Made by a program: the position numbers and the translations under genes. 64,000 nucleotides of DNA from NCBI GenBank assembly GCA_973895155.1, contig OZ316899.1:2563455-2627454 (forward strand). The letters run 5' to 3'. The notes under the pieces were generated by a model. It ran no database searches. It saw only the letters and a program-made list of their open reading frames with translations, and was not told the origin of the DNA. Below are positions 49,001 through 60,662 of this stretch, one piece after another (position 1 is the stretch's first letter; each line of letters begins with the position of its first letter). Origin of the DNA: Marsupella aquatica (taxonomy: Eukaryota; Plantae; Marchantiophyta).

Positions 49001-50812
49001 TTCTCACCTTGGCTCCGGTAAAAGAGTTTTCCCTCCTGAGTCGGCTTAGGCCGACCTCTAGGGCAGTGTCCTATACCGGTGCCGTTGCCGGTGCCATTCT
49101 CTTCTCCTTTTCCAGCAATTTCAGCAGATTCTGCATGCCTGATTGCTGCATCGGCAAGTCTTCTTTTCTTGGCCAAAACATTTGCTCGATCGTAGGACTG
49201 GCGGGCTGGTTGGGCTCCTCTGTTGCCGGCCTCTACTCCGGGACTTCCTCTGGTGCCCTCGCCTGCAGGGAAGTACTGGGGCAAAGATCTGACTTCTGGC
49301 ATACCGGCACAACAGCGGCATGTGATAACCAAGCTGGGACACGCTTCCATGCCGATCACCAGCTGTTCCTCCTTCAAGATCTTCTTTAGTTGGGTGAGGA
49401 GGTACCCGTTGTAGTCCCAGCTTGGGTCTGGCCTCTCTGCCAGGTAGACCTGTGCCTTGCCGATCTCTGCCCTTGGCAAGTTGCAATGCATGGTCACCCG
49501 CAAGAAATCGATCATCTCTCCGATGTGCGGGTTGGTGCAGGTGTTCTGGAAGAAGCCATTCTTCGTTGATGGCCCTGGAAATGACCAGAACTCCTTGTCT
49601 GGCAAGGTCTTCCTGGTATCAACTTTGGTCTTATTGCCCATCGGCAAGCCAAACACTTCGGCAATTACATGGGACGTGAGATAGAAATCCTTCCCATACA
49701 CCCTTGTGGAATTGGTCTCGGGCTCCCATGACCCCACAAATTCTAATAAGTCTGAATCCGGCACCTCCGGCTTCAGCCATGGTAATTTTACGAAGGCTTC
49801 CAAGCCGGATCCGGCCATGAAACCCTGGTACTTCTTGGTCTGCATGGCCGTAAAGCATGCATCCTCCTCCCGTGCAAAATGCAGTTGCACTTCTTCTGGT
49901 AGGGTCGCCGCCCAGCCTTTCCAAGTGTCATCCTTTGTTGGAATGGCATTGATGGGATCGACCTCCTCCTCTTTGGCTTCCGCCTGCCTCTTGCTTCCCT
50001 GCTCTGCTGGCTTCCTTGGTGCCGCCGACCTCGTTCTTTTTGCCGGGGTGGCCTCTTTGTTGTTGTTTCCTTTCCTCTTCATCTCGGCTGCCGTGGATGT
50101 TTCTCCTAGCACGGTTGCCTTTGTCCACCCCTCCGTGCTACCCTTCAACTCCCAGTGTATGTTGTTGCAGCGGTTGATGGCTTCCCGAATGCCAACGATC
50201 CTGTTTTCGCAAAACAAAAGGTCGTCAAGTTGATTGGCAGTAGGAGTCCACAGGAACTCGGCCTTGATGAATTCTCCTCCTAAGAAGGCAGATTTCTGCA
50301 GCTCCCACAGTCGAGCGAGCTCCTGCCATTCTAGAGCTGCTCTCTCCGATTCTTCATCCTCGTAAGTCCCAATGTACTCAGTTGCCCGTTCGAACAGGCA
50401 TCCCAAAAAATATGCCGCTTGATTGACGTTTCTCATACCCTCCTTGAGTCGTTCGTTGGTATCTGCTCCCGCCCAGAGTGCTTGTCTAAGTAGCTGACAG
50501 TAGTTGGCCTCCCGTAGTCGTCTGCCCAGTTCGTGCTTGCAAATGAGCCACCATTCCTTGCGAGTTGTCCTTACCCCTCTCCTCCTCTGGTCTTCCCTAT
50601 CGTTGGTTACCCCTAGCCGCCAACACTTAGTGCGCCCTAACCCTAATCGTATTCTCTCCCCCGGCGTCCTTACTTCTGGTCTCGGCCCGGGTTCCATAGT
50701 CACCCTTAATTGTTTATATTTTCCTCATTCTTGTAACTATACTAAGGTATTTCTAGGGTACACTTCTGTTTTCCCACTTAACCGGCCTAGTGATTCCTGG
50801 TTAGGCATCGCA
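46040..50812 (-). mobile_element. Solo LTR of family A, 4773 bp, protein-coding
   Basis: TGTG...CGCA termini; perfect TSD ACCCT (46035-46039, 50813-50817). Confidence 0.93.
46959..50703 (-). pseudogene. LTR-encoded PMD-like/coiled-coil protein, frameshifted copy
   Basis: ORFs 48985..50703 (572 aa) and 46959..48419 (486 aa) are collinear with 14253-17894. Confidence 0.85.
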
Positions 50813-50841
50813 ACCCTTCTGGCACCTAGGTAAGTTCAAGC

Positions 50842-53574
50842 TGTGACGCCGATGACATGGTCCTTATTCTATAATCTGAGTAAGTAGGTTGTTGTATGCA
50901 AGGAGTAGCTATTGATATTGCAAAACAATTAGCAAGCTGGCAAGAATAAGGGCAATCATGGCGTTAAGAGTAGGGATAAAGGTATTTCAGCTTGAAGACT
51001 GCACAACCAAGGCAGACACAATTGAGGTAGTCACTATCAAGGCCACAAAGGAGAAACTGGGGAAGGGAGGATTCAGCTCTTCAAGCATACCATCTTCTTG
51101 ACAAGCAAGATGGAGCATGGAGGCTCTTCAAGACGCCGGTACAGAGGGAGGCGTGGTAATTCAAGGAGACGAGTCTCCATAGCTGAATATGAAGTTGTGG
51201 GGTATGGTGATTGTGCTCGGGATGAAATCTAAATGTCTTGGGTGTGTAGCTTCATTTTGTTAGTTAGGTTAGTGGTTCATAGTCTAGTCTTAGAATGTTA
51301 GGGAAATAAAAGGCTATGTCGCGGGTGGTCGGCGACCATATCTCATTCAATACTTCACCAAATCCGGATTTGTAAAGAGCATTGGAAAGATCTGGTCAAG
51401 GCGAGTAAAATCGATATAAAACACTCGGGAAACGAAGATGTATTAAGGAAGATACAACCTGATTAGTGTGACGGGTTAACTTGTGGCCGGAATTGGCGGA
51501 TTCGGCTTCGGTTTCGCGTTAACCTAAGCTCGGCCACGACTTAGCTTATGTGAGCACGACTTCAGCTTAGCTCATGTAAGCACGACTTCAGCTTAGGCTT
51601 AACCCGGGTTCAGATTAGATTGATCCCGGGTTAGACTGAACTTGGTTTAGCCTAAACTCGGGCTTGGGTTAGCATAGGTAAGTTTGGGTTCGGGCTCAGC
51701 TTAGCCTAGGTTAGCGGATAGCGGGTAGCGGCCTAACCCGAGACCACGGGTTAGCTCTACTTGGGTTAGATAGGATAGCTAGGTTAGCCGAACTCGGGTT
51801 AGCTATGTAACTCGGGTTAGCATAGCAGTGAGTACCCCCTCTCGGTTACGGGGGCATAACTTTCTGTGTATTTGACCAAATCGGCTATAATTGACCTCGT
51901 TGGAAAGAGGAGCTCAAGCCACTTCCAACGTTGCTATCCACGCAGCAAATGGTTGAATAGAGAAATCGGGAGAGGAGGCGCAAGCTCACAAAAACCATGG
52001 AGGAGGGCCAAATCCGAAGTACATAGCCAATTCGAGATAGAAATAAAGTTGCGAGTTAGGGTTCAGTAGTTAGAGATAGTGGCGGCTTTGTTAGGGTTGG
52101 GACAGGGCTCCAGCAGTATAGTATCCACCCATTTGGGCTCAGTATGAGAGTATATAGAGCAGCCCCCCGGTAGAGGTAAGGGGGGGGGAACTTCAGTTGT
52201 GTGATCTCACGTAGACTGAGCAGCAGGGAGGAGCTCTGTGCAAGGAAGGTTGGGCTTGGAAGCTGTGTGTTGGGTAGAGCTTGGTTGTGCTATTAATCAG
52301 GGAGTAATCAGCCACGCTTCACAGCAATAGTTGGCCAGGTTTGCAAGCTGGATTGTGGCTCTTTCTAGTAGGCAACACAACTGGGTTCTTTTCCCCCGAT
52401 ACAGAGCCTTGGTGATAGGTGATGTGTTGGTGATTGTAAACTGTGGGGAGGATTTCAATGTGATTTGCAATGAGCACATTAGGAAGGCTGAGACACTGAT
52501 TGAGGGGCAGCAGGAGGAGCATTTACAGTTCAGTCTGGCAAGGCTACGTGATCCATGGGGAGTCCTGGCCTTTGTCTGGTAGAGAGCACTAAGGGATTTA
52601 TGGCCAGAGCTGAGCTTGTAGGGCAAGCGTGAGGCCGGGCCTCATTGCAGTCTGGGATAGATCATCGTTAGGCCTGGTACCAGCTTTGAAGTCGAGTCAA
52701 CTGTGCATGCATAACTTGACATTCTGAATTGGAGGTGTGAGATCTGTATGTGTCCCCAAGAATGAAGTGCAGTGAAGGAGGTTGAGTTCAGGATTGAGTT
52801 TGCAAGGCAAGTACGGGATTGGTTTGAGTCCAATCTGCCGTCACAATCTGGAGTGAGCCGGGCTCAGGTTCAAGATTGAGCTTGCATGGCAAGCACGGGG
52901 CTTGCAGGGCAAGCACGTCGCAATCTGGAGGAGACAGCCTTCGGGCCTATTGTTCGGATCAGGTGTTCTTAGTGAACTATTGTGCACATCTTTGAATCTA
53001 ACTGAGTTTTCCTCTCAGGCCTCATTTCTCTCATGGATGTGTGTCTGTGTGTGTGTGAGGCAATCTGAGTGTATGATGGGACTAGCATTGCCATTGAGAG
53101 GTGTACCAAATGCATTGAAGTGGGTTGGGTGAGAGCTATCACAGCTCTGATTGCTGAGAGTGGAATGGCAGAGTGGTGGGGCAATGGCTTAGAAGTCCCT
53201 AAGTCGGGAATCAGTCAGGAGTCACTGGTTTATGGGTACATTCCGGCGGCGGAATAGAAATATACCTATGATAGTAAGCATACATATAGACATATGCGCA
53301 TCGTAGCGCTAGGCCCTGTGTGTACGGGCCCGATATGAAGACCCCTTCTCACCAGAACTATCATGAGCACATGATCTGATTCCCAACCTTGGTTCCTAGG
53401 GATTGAGCTTGGGTGATGTGTGACAGAGTCTTGCTATGATAGTCTGGTGTTAAGGGCATAAACTGGTGTTTACCGGCCTTCACAACATCCCTTCGTGATT
53501 CTCAGGTACAAGGAGATGGTTTTGGCACCCATAATGACGTTTTTGGTGTTAAGACCCATGTCAATCGCGTGACA
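50842..53574 (+). mobile_element. Probable solo LTR (family B, 2733 bp, no long ORF)
   Basis: TGTGACGCCG...CGCGTGACA termini; near-TSD CAAGC/CAGGC. Removal restores the PHD reading frame. Confidence 0.78.
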
Positions 53575-55678
53575 CAGGCCGAAGGTGGAAAAGATGGTAC
53601 CCTCCATTGCAATTGTCACATAGCAGCATCTGGTTAGCATCATCAATTTGCAAACACACTTTGCATGGGTAGTCCACAGGTGGAATCCAAGTAGAAGTCA
53701 CAATGGTGGGATCCAGGTTAGGCAGATGACAAGGGGCGCAATTCTTGGCATTGTCAGCAATTGTGCGCCCATCTACCTCTTGTAACTCTAGCACTCTAGA
53801 GGGTCGAATAGCCTTAACCCTGAGGACAGTACGACTGGTAGAGGTGTCCAAGGCGTCATTAGCTTGCCGCTGCAAGTACGCAAAATCTCCCACATCAAAC
53901 TTCCTGACCTTGGGCTGAAAAGTGCCCCCTCGTGTGTGTGCATAACGCAGTGTGTCCCTATGTTGTGTAATGGCCAAATTCTCCATGGCCATGGGAATAA
54001 CCCTCCTGAATAGGGCAGCTCTCTCAGAGATCACATCAGACCAAGTCACGGCTGAATCCAAGTCCACCACCTGAAGCATGTGAGCAGCAATAGCAGAAGG
54101 GGGAACTGGGTGACGACCAAACAACAAGAAGTAGGGAGAAAAGTTAGACAATGATGCATGTCTAGACATCCTATACCCCATAGCAATGTAGGGTAAGGCC
54201 AGGTCCCAATCCTCCTTGTTTTTGGCGAGGCAAATCTTCCAAAGACCCTTCTTGCATGTCTGAACCATTTGCTCTGCCAAGCCATCTGCTTGTGGGTGAT
54301 CTCGTGATGTCCGGCGATCATCAATGTGGGCCTGATCAAGCAGCTCCTGGAACTCTCCTCTGAACTCTGATCCCTGGTCAGTGAGACATTCTGCACAAGC
54401 TCCAAAGCGGCTAAGAACTTGTTGCAGGAATGCCTGGCTGGTGCTACGGGAGGTCTTATCCGGCAATGCCACAAGTTCTATCCACTTGGAGAAATGCTCT
54501 ATCATGATCATGATGTAGAGATTACCCCAAGACGTGAGGGGTAATTCTCCAGCCAAATCACATGACCAGCAATAAAATATGCCCTGAATAGGGAGTGGAT
54601 GAAGTGTGGGTTGCCGAGATGTGAAAGAAGTCCTCACCCTATCACACTGCTCACACCGGGCAATAACATCTCGAACCTGGCCATGCATGCCTCTCCAATG
54701 ATAATGGGGGACCAAGAGGCTATAAGTCCTCTTAACACCAAAATGACCAAGCTCATAATGTACCTTACGTATAAGACCAACACTCTCATGAATGGGTGGA
54801 ACCACCACTTCCCTGTCTAGCAAGCAGCGCACAAGATGATCTCCCTTCCACAAGTAACGCTTGGACCTTTGTTGAATTTGGTCTCTTTGAGCTGCAGTGA
54901 CATGTGTGGGGTATTCCCCATGCTATAGAAATCTCATAGTGTCGCTGTCCTCCCATATTTCCACCACAGGTTGGCCAACAACGTAGCATGGCAGCAAAGC
55001 AAGATAGGTAGATGCATGAAATGTAGGCAGGATGGAACCCTGATCAAAATCCTATCGTGCATCTGAGGGATCATTAGAGGTAATCAAAGGGCTGCGGGAC
55101 ATAGTGTCAGCATTCTGATGTGTCACACCAGGCCTATGAATTACCTCAAAGTCATACTCTTGGAGGATGAGTGCCCAATGAGCAAGCTTGCCAGTAAGCT
55201 TGTCGTTAGTCATCAACCACTTCAAGGGCTGGTGGTTGGTGTAGAGAGTAAACCTGGTCCCATAGAGGTAGGGCCTGTAATGTATGACAGCCCACACAAC
55301 AGCAAGACATTCACCCTCATAAGAAGAAGAATGACTCTCTGCCTGATTGTTGCTCTTGGATGCATAGGCAATGACATACTCCTTACCTTCCTCATCATGT
55401 TGGCCCAGAATGGCACCAATCCCAAGGGCACTCCAATCTGTGTGTAGCACAAAGACCTTGCTGAAATCAGGTCTTCTCAGCACCGGGTATTCTGAGAGCT
55501 TCTCCTTCAAAGTGGCAAATGCTGCCTCAGCATCTGTATTCCATGTCCAAGTCACATTCTCTTTCAACAAAGAGTACAATGGGTGTGCAATGGTATTGAA
55601 ATCTTTGATGTAGATCAGGTAGTAATTGCACAACCCAATAAAGCTCCTAAGAGTGTGAACATCAGTAGGAGTGGGCAC
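53575..55678 (-). pseudogene. pol: pol remnant (RT end, RNase H, integrase, PHD N-half)
   Basis: LRSFIGLC; LHTDWS...AYAS...YEGECLAVVWA; HYELGHFG...CEQC; WSCDLAG, TDQGSEF, GLAEQM; CKVC...LLCDNCNGGYH. Confidence 0.92.
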
Positions 55679-56033
55679 CCTAGGCCCTCAGCTTACGTAA
55701 TCCCGGAAACACGTGCGCCCGCTTGAAGGGTATTTTTTATCCATTTCCTTCTAATAATCATAATTCAATTGGAACCAACCAACCCGCAACTTTATACAAA
55801 AATGGGTTATAAGGAAGAAGGGTATTTCCAAAACAATGGCATATTAACTCAGCCAAACGGGTCCGATAATGTATGTGACATGCGTCATTGTATAAGGGGT
55901 CCACATGGCAAGGTCTCATCGGAACACGTGGTAATGACTTATGTTTCCAAAGTTTGGGGTGTGCCTATCCTAAGGTATAAATAATAGTTTTTGGGGTTAG
56001 GGATCGAGGGGGGTAAGTTTAGTAGAGGTAAAC

Positions 56034-56066
56034 GGGTTCAAGATGGGTTCAAGATGGGTTCAAGAT
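56034..56066. repeat. 3 x GGGTTCAAGAT tandem repeat
   Basis: Direct reading. Confidence 0.85.
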
Positions 56067-56925
56067 ATTTTTGGGGTTTTGACCACCCCATCAATCCCCT
56101 CCCATCCCCGCTAGAGAACCCCGTTTGAACCCTTGTTTGGAAGGGTTTAGGGTCGTTTAGGGTTTCTCATAGCCCACTTACGCTCTCGTTCATTCCCGTC
56201 GGGATTCCTGCCCTCGAGCCCACCTTTGATCCTGCCTTTGGTGCTTGCGTGGGTGCTTGTTGATTGCTCATGCCCCTTTGTCTGCCATAGCTACTGTCCC
56301 TTGTAGTGCCCCCGTTGTTGCCTTGTTGAAGCTTGTTGTTGTTGAGCTCCCAGTCAAGCTCCAACATTACTTGTTTGCCATCGCAATCGCCACTGTTGCG
56401 CAAACTGTACTCGGGGCAACAACGCACTTTGGTAAGCTTTCATTGGGGCTTTCGTTCTCTTTCTTGTACCTCTTCTTGCATCTTGCTTTCTTGATTTTTG
56501 CATCTGTTTGCCCTTCCATTTGCTTGAATGTGTGTTGCGATGCTAGGTTGCGCTGCCTCCCCAGCTGCCTCACAATCCAAGGAACTTAGAAGCCCGCTTA
56601 GAAGTCCATACTTGCATAGCTTGCCCAATAGGTTGGATCAAGAAGTAATGGAAACATTGATGTGTTTTGGGATGTTTTTACATGTGTGCCAGAGCTTGCT
56701 TGTCTTTGCTTAGCATAGCCAGTCGGGGAGCAAGTTGAGAGGTTTTGGTCCCAGCATTCTGCAGATAGAGCGAAAGGCGGAGCGGGGATCTAGGGCCGTG
56801 GGAGTTGAAGCGGGAGCAAGAGCAGAACCAGGAGCGGGACCAAGAGTTGAAGAAGAGAAGTGGACATTACACCCGCATTGGACACCCGACTTGACATTGG
56901 CCTTTCTTGCCTTTGGCAAACTCTA

Positions 56926-56990
56926 GGCTTGCTCCTAGTTCTTCCTTGCAGTCCGGCTTGCTCCTAGTTGTTCCTTGTGGCCCGGCTTGC
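56926..56990. repeat. About 2.3 copies of a 30-bp unit (GGCTTGCTCCTAGTT.TTCCTTG...)
   Basis: Direct reading. Confidence 0.75.
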
Positions 56991-57669
56991 GGCTCTTCAG
57001 CCCTTTGGTAAGCTTCTGATCCCAAATCCAAATCTTCATGACATTCCTTGTGCTAGTAAGAACTACATAAGTCGATGCCCTACTGTTCGGTCGATGTATG
57101 CTGACAGTCACGCTTATGATTCTTGAACTTATTTGTGAATGTGATCGGGAATCCATGAATGTGACATTATTGGCTTCTATAATCCAAGTGTGGGTCCCAG
57201 GATTTTGCGGAAGAAGTGGGGACAAGATCTAGCCATAAACTTCCAAAGTTTAAGCAAGACCAAGAAGCTAGCGGGGAAGCAAGTCCAGAAGGAAGACAAG
57301 TACCGGGGTAAAATCTTAACTTATCTTATTGCTTCTGCATTAGAACATTGTCTTCTAGAGCATTCACTTTCTGCTAGCAGTCGGGCCATTTGTCTAGCAC
57401 AGCTGTTTTGGTTTACTAGACATGGACATGGACAATCATTGGTGACATACTGGAATTCCTGGCAGGGAGCTCAAAGACACCGCATACTTTGAAGGTCATC
57501 GGTTGCTGTATGGGTGGCGCTTCAGATTAATTGCCACCACCATCAATTTGAGGTGGAGTTGTTTGCGAGTAAGACACTGATTATTGCTTTAGGGGAAATG
57601 TACTTGTAGTTGACAGGTTTTGGTTCTATGGTTTCATCACTTTTTGTGGCTGACATGTGTGCATATATT

Positions 57670-59035
57670 GCAGGTGGAGCCAGTGGAGTTATCTGTACAA
57701 TTTGACAGATTTTGCCGGCTACATTGTTGGACGAGCACAGGGACGAGCACAATAAATGCCCCAATCATATTATCGCTGAAGTTCATCAATTTTATGAATG
57801 TATACCTGCAGGTTTGCATTTCTTGTTAGAGTGAAGCCCTAATGTCAATAATCCCTTTGCAGGGGAAGCTCTTTGAAGTTGTGCAATCTTCATTTTGTGG
57901 GGTCGGTGAGTCTGTAGTTGGCAAAAATGGTAACTACCCCAAGCCATTATGTAGGTCTCCTATATGAGAAGGCAGTCAGGTTGCGCACTAAGCTACAAGA
58001 CTTAGGCATGATTAGAGGGAAAGACCCTCTTGCAATTTATTTTGGCTCTAACCGTCCAACTTTGCTCACGCAACGTTCAGCCTGGGCAGATGTTTTGGAG
58101 CCAACTTCTATGATGTTAGCGTGTACTAGGGATGGCACCGAGTACACCATTTTTTCAGGTTGCATCCATCCTCTCGACAAGAGGTGTCCAACATGTGATG
58201 TCCAACAAGATGCAGATGTCAAAGTGTGTGAGAATTTTCTTAGATTGCGCTCTTGGCACGTATGCCAACTTTGGAATAGTGACTCGGTTGTGTTAGGGTT
58301 AGTGGAGCGTGTTCCGCCACGAGTGTGTCTAGCCAAGTCACTGGTGGAATGTCAATGTGGAAACAGAGTAGTTGATTAGGTATGTGCAGGTTTTTGTCTA
58401 GCGATTGTGGTAGAATTTTGTACTCAGCCTCATGGATAGGCAATTTTGTATGAAGCGTTGTGATTCTTGCACATGCTTCTAAGTTTTGTTTAAATATCTC
58501 AACAACATATAAGTCTGTACATGGCAGCATTGATGAAAATGCTCTGAGTTTCTCAAATCTAGAAACGATGATGATCAATCCACATACTTTCTGTTGAACA
58601 GAAGGTAGGGCACCGAATGCGCCCAATACAGATTGATATGCTTGTGGGCTGAATTGGACAGACATTTACAAACTGGGTATGATTGTCTTGCAATGGGGAC
58701 TGTCCACAACCATATGCACTTGAAGAATGACGATAACAATATACCAGGTGGATGCTCAGATTTCTTAACGGCAGTGCTTGTGGTCATTGTTGCAAAGGGG
58801 GGTGCACAGGTAATTAATTCTCATTTAATTCCATTTGTCATTCACGCATCGTCTTTTTGTTCTAGATGCAGGACTCGTTTGCACGGCCAATCAAATTCAA
58901 GGAGACCATTGGGGAAGTGACGTCCCTAGTGGAGAATGCTAGAATTCATCGCCAGCAGTCTAGCGCTCCTTGGAGGAGAGCGCAGGTTGCCTGTGAGGGG
59001 GGGCCTTGGACTTTGCACCCAATGGCATGAGAGAA
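57670..59035 (+). pseudogene. Decayed, probably spliced Cys/His-rich gene of unknown family; boundaries approximate
   Basis: ORFs 57918..58379 and 58633..58920 linked by frames whose stops are TAG/TAA/TGA (C-to-T type); apparent intron 58811-58865 (GTAATT...TTCTAG). Confidence 0.4.
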
Positions 59036-59521
59036 TAGAGCCGAGTCCATCAGGGTTTGGGTGATCCGGGCTTTTTACTTGGTTCTGCTGGTGTTGTCGA
59101 GTCAGGAACAAGTCAGTCTAGAAGAAACAAGTCAATCACACGCCACAATACAATCTTGGAGGAGAGAGATTGGAGTGATGGGCCTAGCCCCGACTGCACA
59201 TGGACCAAGCACGTTTTTGGCACAAGCTTATTGGGACAAGCTTTGTTGGGACAAGCTTTTATGGCCATGTGCAGATCCCATACTTTCTTGTGCTTACGCA
59301 GAATCTGGAGTCTTTGCATGCAAAGGGTAAGTCCCTTCCCACCCAAAAGGAGAAAGCTGTAAGGATCTTACACAAGCCAACCCCACAAGAAATGGCCGGG
59401 ATGGGGCAAGGCCCTCGTGGGATTGGTCCAATGGATGCGGTCTCCAGGAGTGTTAATTTAGGTCTGTTTTGCTACAATCAATTCTAATCTTCCTTTCGAG
59501 TTTGTTGGGTAAGCAAAAACC

Positions 59522-60103
59522 ATGAATTCAGACAGATCCAACCACTTCACGGACTTCAACTCACATGAGGAATTTTCCTGTTTTGAACAGGCAATGTTGG
59601 AGAACCACCAATATCTCCCATGGATAGAACCTCATCATTATGGCAAAGGAGCCCTCTTGGAAGAGCTGAGGAGGCTTGATTCCAACCTTGTTATGCATAT
59701 CATTGGCATCATTTGTAAGCCATGGGACTTGAATTTATATCACTTTTTCCTTGATGAAGATGTGTGGATGATTTACATCCGCTGGGATCAATATCGTAGT
59801 TACAATAGAAGTATTATTTTACTCCTACTCAAGACAGGTGTCGTGAAGAAACTAATCCTTCACTGTTGTCATGTAGTTGATGACAATCCGTTGTATGAAC
59901 CACACTTCTATGCATCCAATAGACAAGCAGCGTTTGATGAGATCCAGGATGTCATTGATGACCTCTTGGAACCTCTTGGCACTGAATTTTTTGTGGACAC
60001 CGGTGGGAAATTGTATTCCTACCGGACGAGGCAAATGCCCCCGCCTGTCCTGTCTGTAGGTTTTTCCCTATCGTTTTTTACTGTGGTCTTTAGACCAGTT
60101 TAA
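59522..60103 (+). CDS. Unknown 193-aa ORF upstream of the transposase
   Basis: ATG-initiated, globular-looking composition; no family recognised. Confidence 0.4.
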   Translation: MNSDRSNHFTDFNSHEEFSCFEQAMLENHQYLPWIEPHHYGKGALLEELRRLDSNLVMHIIGIICKPWDLNLYHFFLDEDVWMIYIRWDQYRSYNRSIILLLLKTGVVKKLILHCCHVVDDNPLYEPHFYASNRQAAFDEIQDVIDDLLEPLGTEFFVDTGGKLYSYRTRQMPPPVLSVGFSLSFFTVVFRPV

Positions 60104-60662
60104 TGGCAAATGGGGAGGTGTGTATGTGCTGCACCCATGCCTGCTGTGACATTCCATCACGCAGATATTCTGTTGCAGTAGCTCATCCCGTTAGCGCGGA
60201 AGTTGAATTTCATTGGCTGTTTGCTTATTCTCATAGGGTGAATCATGTACCCCTTTGGCCTCTCAGAAAGGTTGAAAGAAGGCAACCACACTATGAAGAT
60301 ACTGATTGGGAGAGTGATGGCAACAATTAGTGGAAACAAGACACTTTTTTGCGGATTTAGTCTTAGCCAGGGTATGTCAACCTGGGGTCATTCTTCACCA
60401 AACAAACATGAGTATGTTTGTTAGTAGTAAAAGTCACTTTTGGACTGCGAGGTCAAGGTATTGATGAAGGAGTCCTTTTTTTGTCAATCATGGAAGTCTT
60501 TGGAATGTTTATATATTGGGTACAGACTTGGTTACAAGTCCGTGGTGTATTGTTAGTATGTATATACTGGATGACAAGAGGTGGGTGGTGTTGATGGTTT
60601 TTTGTATTATGAAATCTTTGCAGGGCTATGAGTGGTGCTTAGGGAATCAGAGGTGTTAGAGG

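Larger units (their letters stand above)
45781..55678 (-). mobile_element. 5'-truncated Ty3/gypsy element with a PHD finger at the integrase C-terminus, split by two solo LTRs
   Basis: RT end/RNase H 55052-55678; integrase 53575-54853; PHD completed by 50813-50841 and 45997-46039; stop at 45997; then PPT. Confidence 0.85.

Noticed and set aside
45621-50851. Inverted CGGCGTCACA / TGTGACGCCG pair as TIRs or DIRS-like ends
   Set aside because: They face outward and are explained as separate LTR starts; no tyrosine recombinase is seen.
51470-51850. Telomere-like GGGTTAG repeats
   Set aside because: Units are irregular (GGGTTAGC, GGCTTAG) and never form TTTAGGG/TTAGGG arrays; they lie within solo LTR B.
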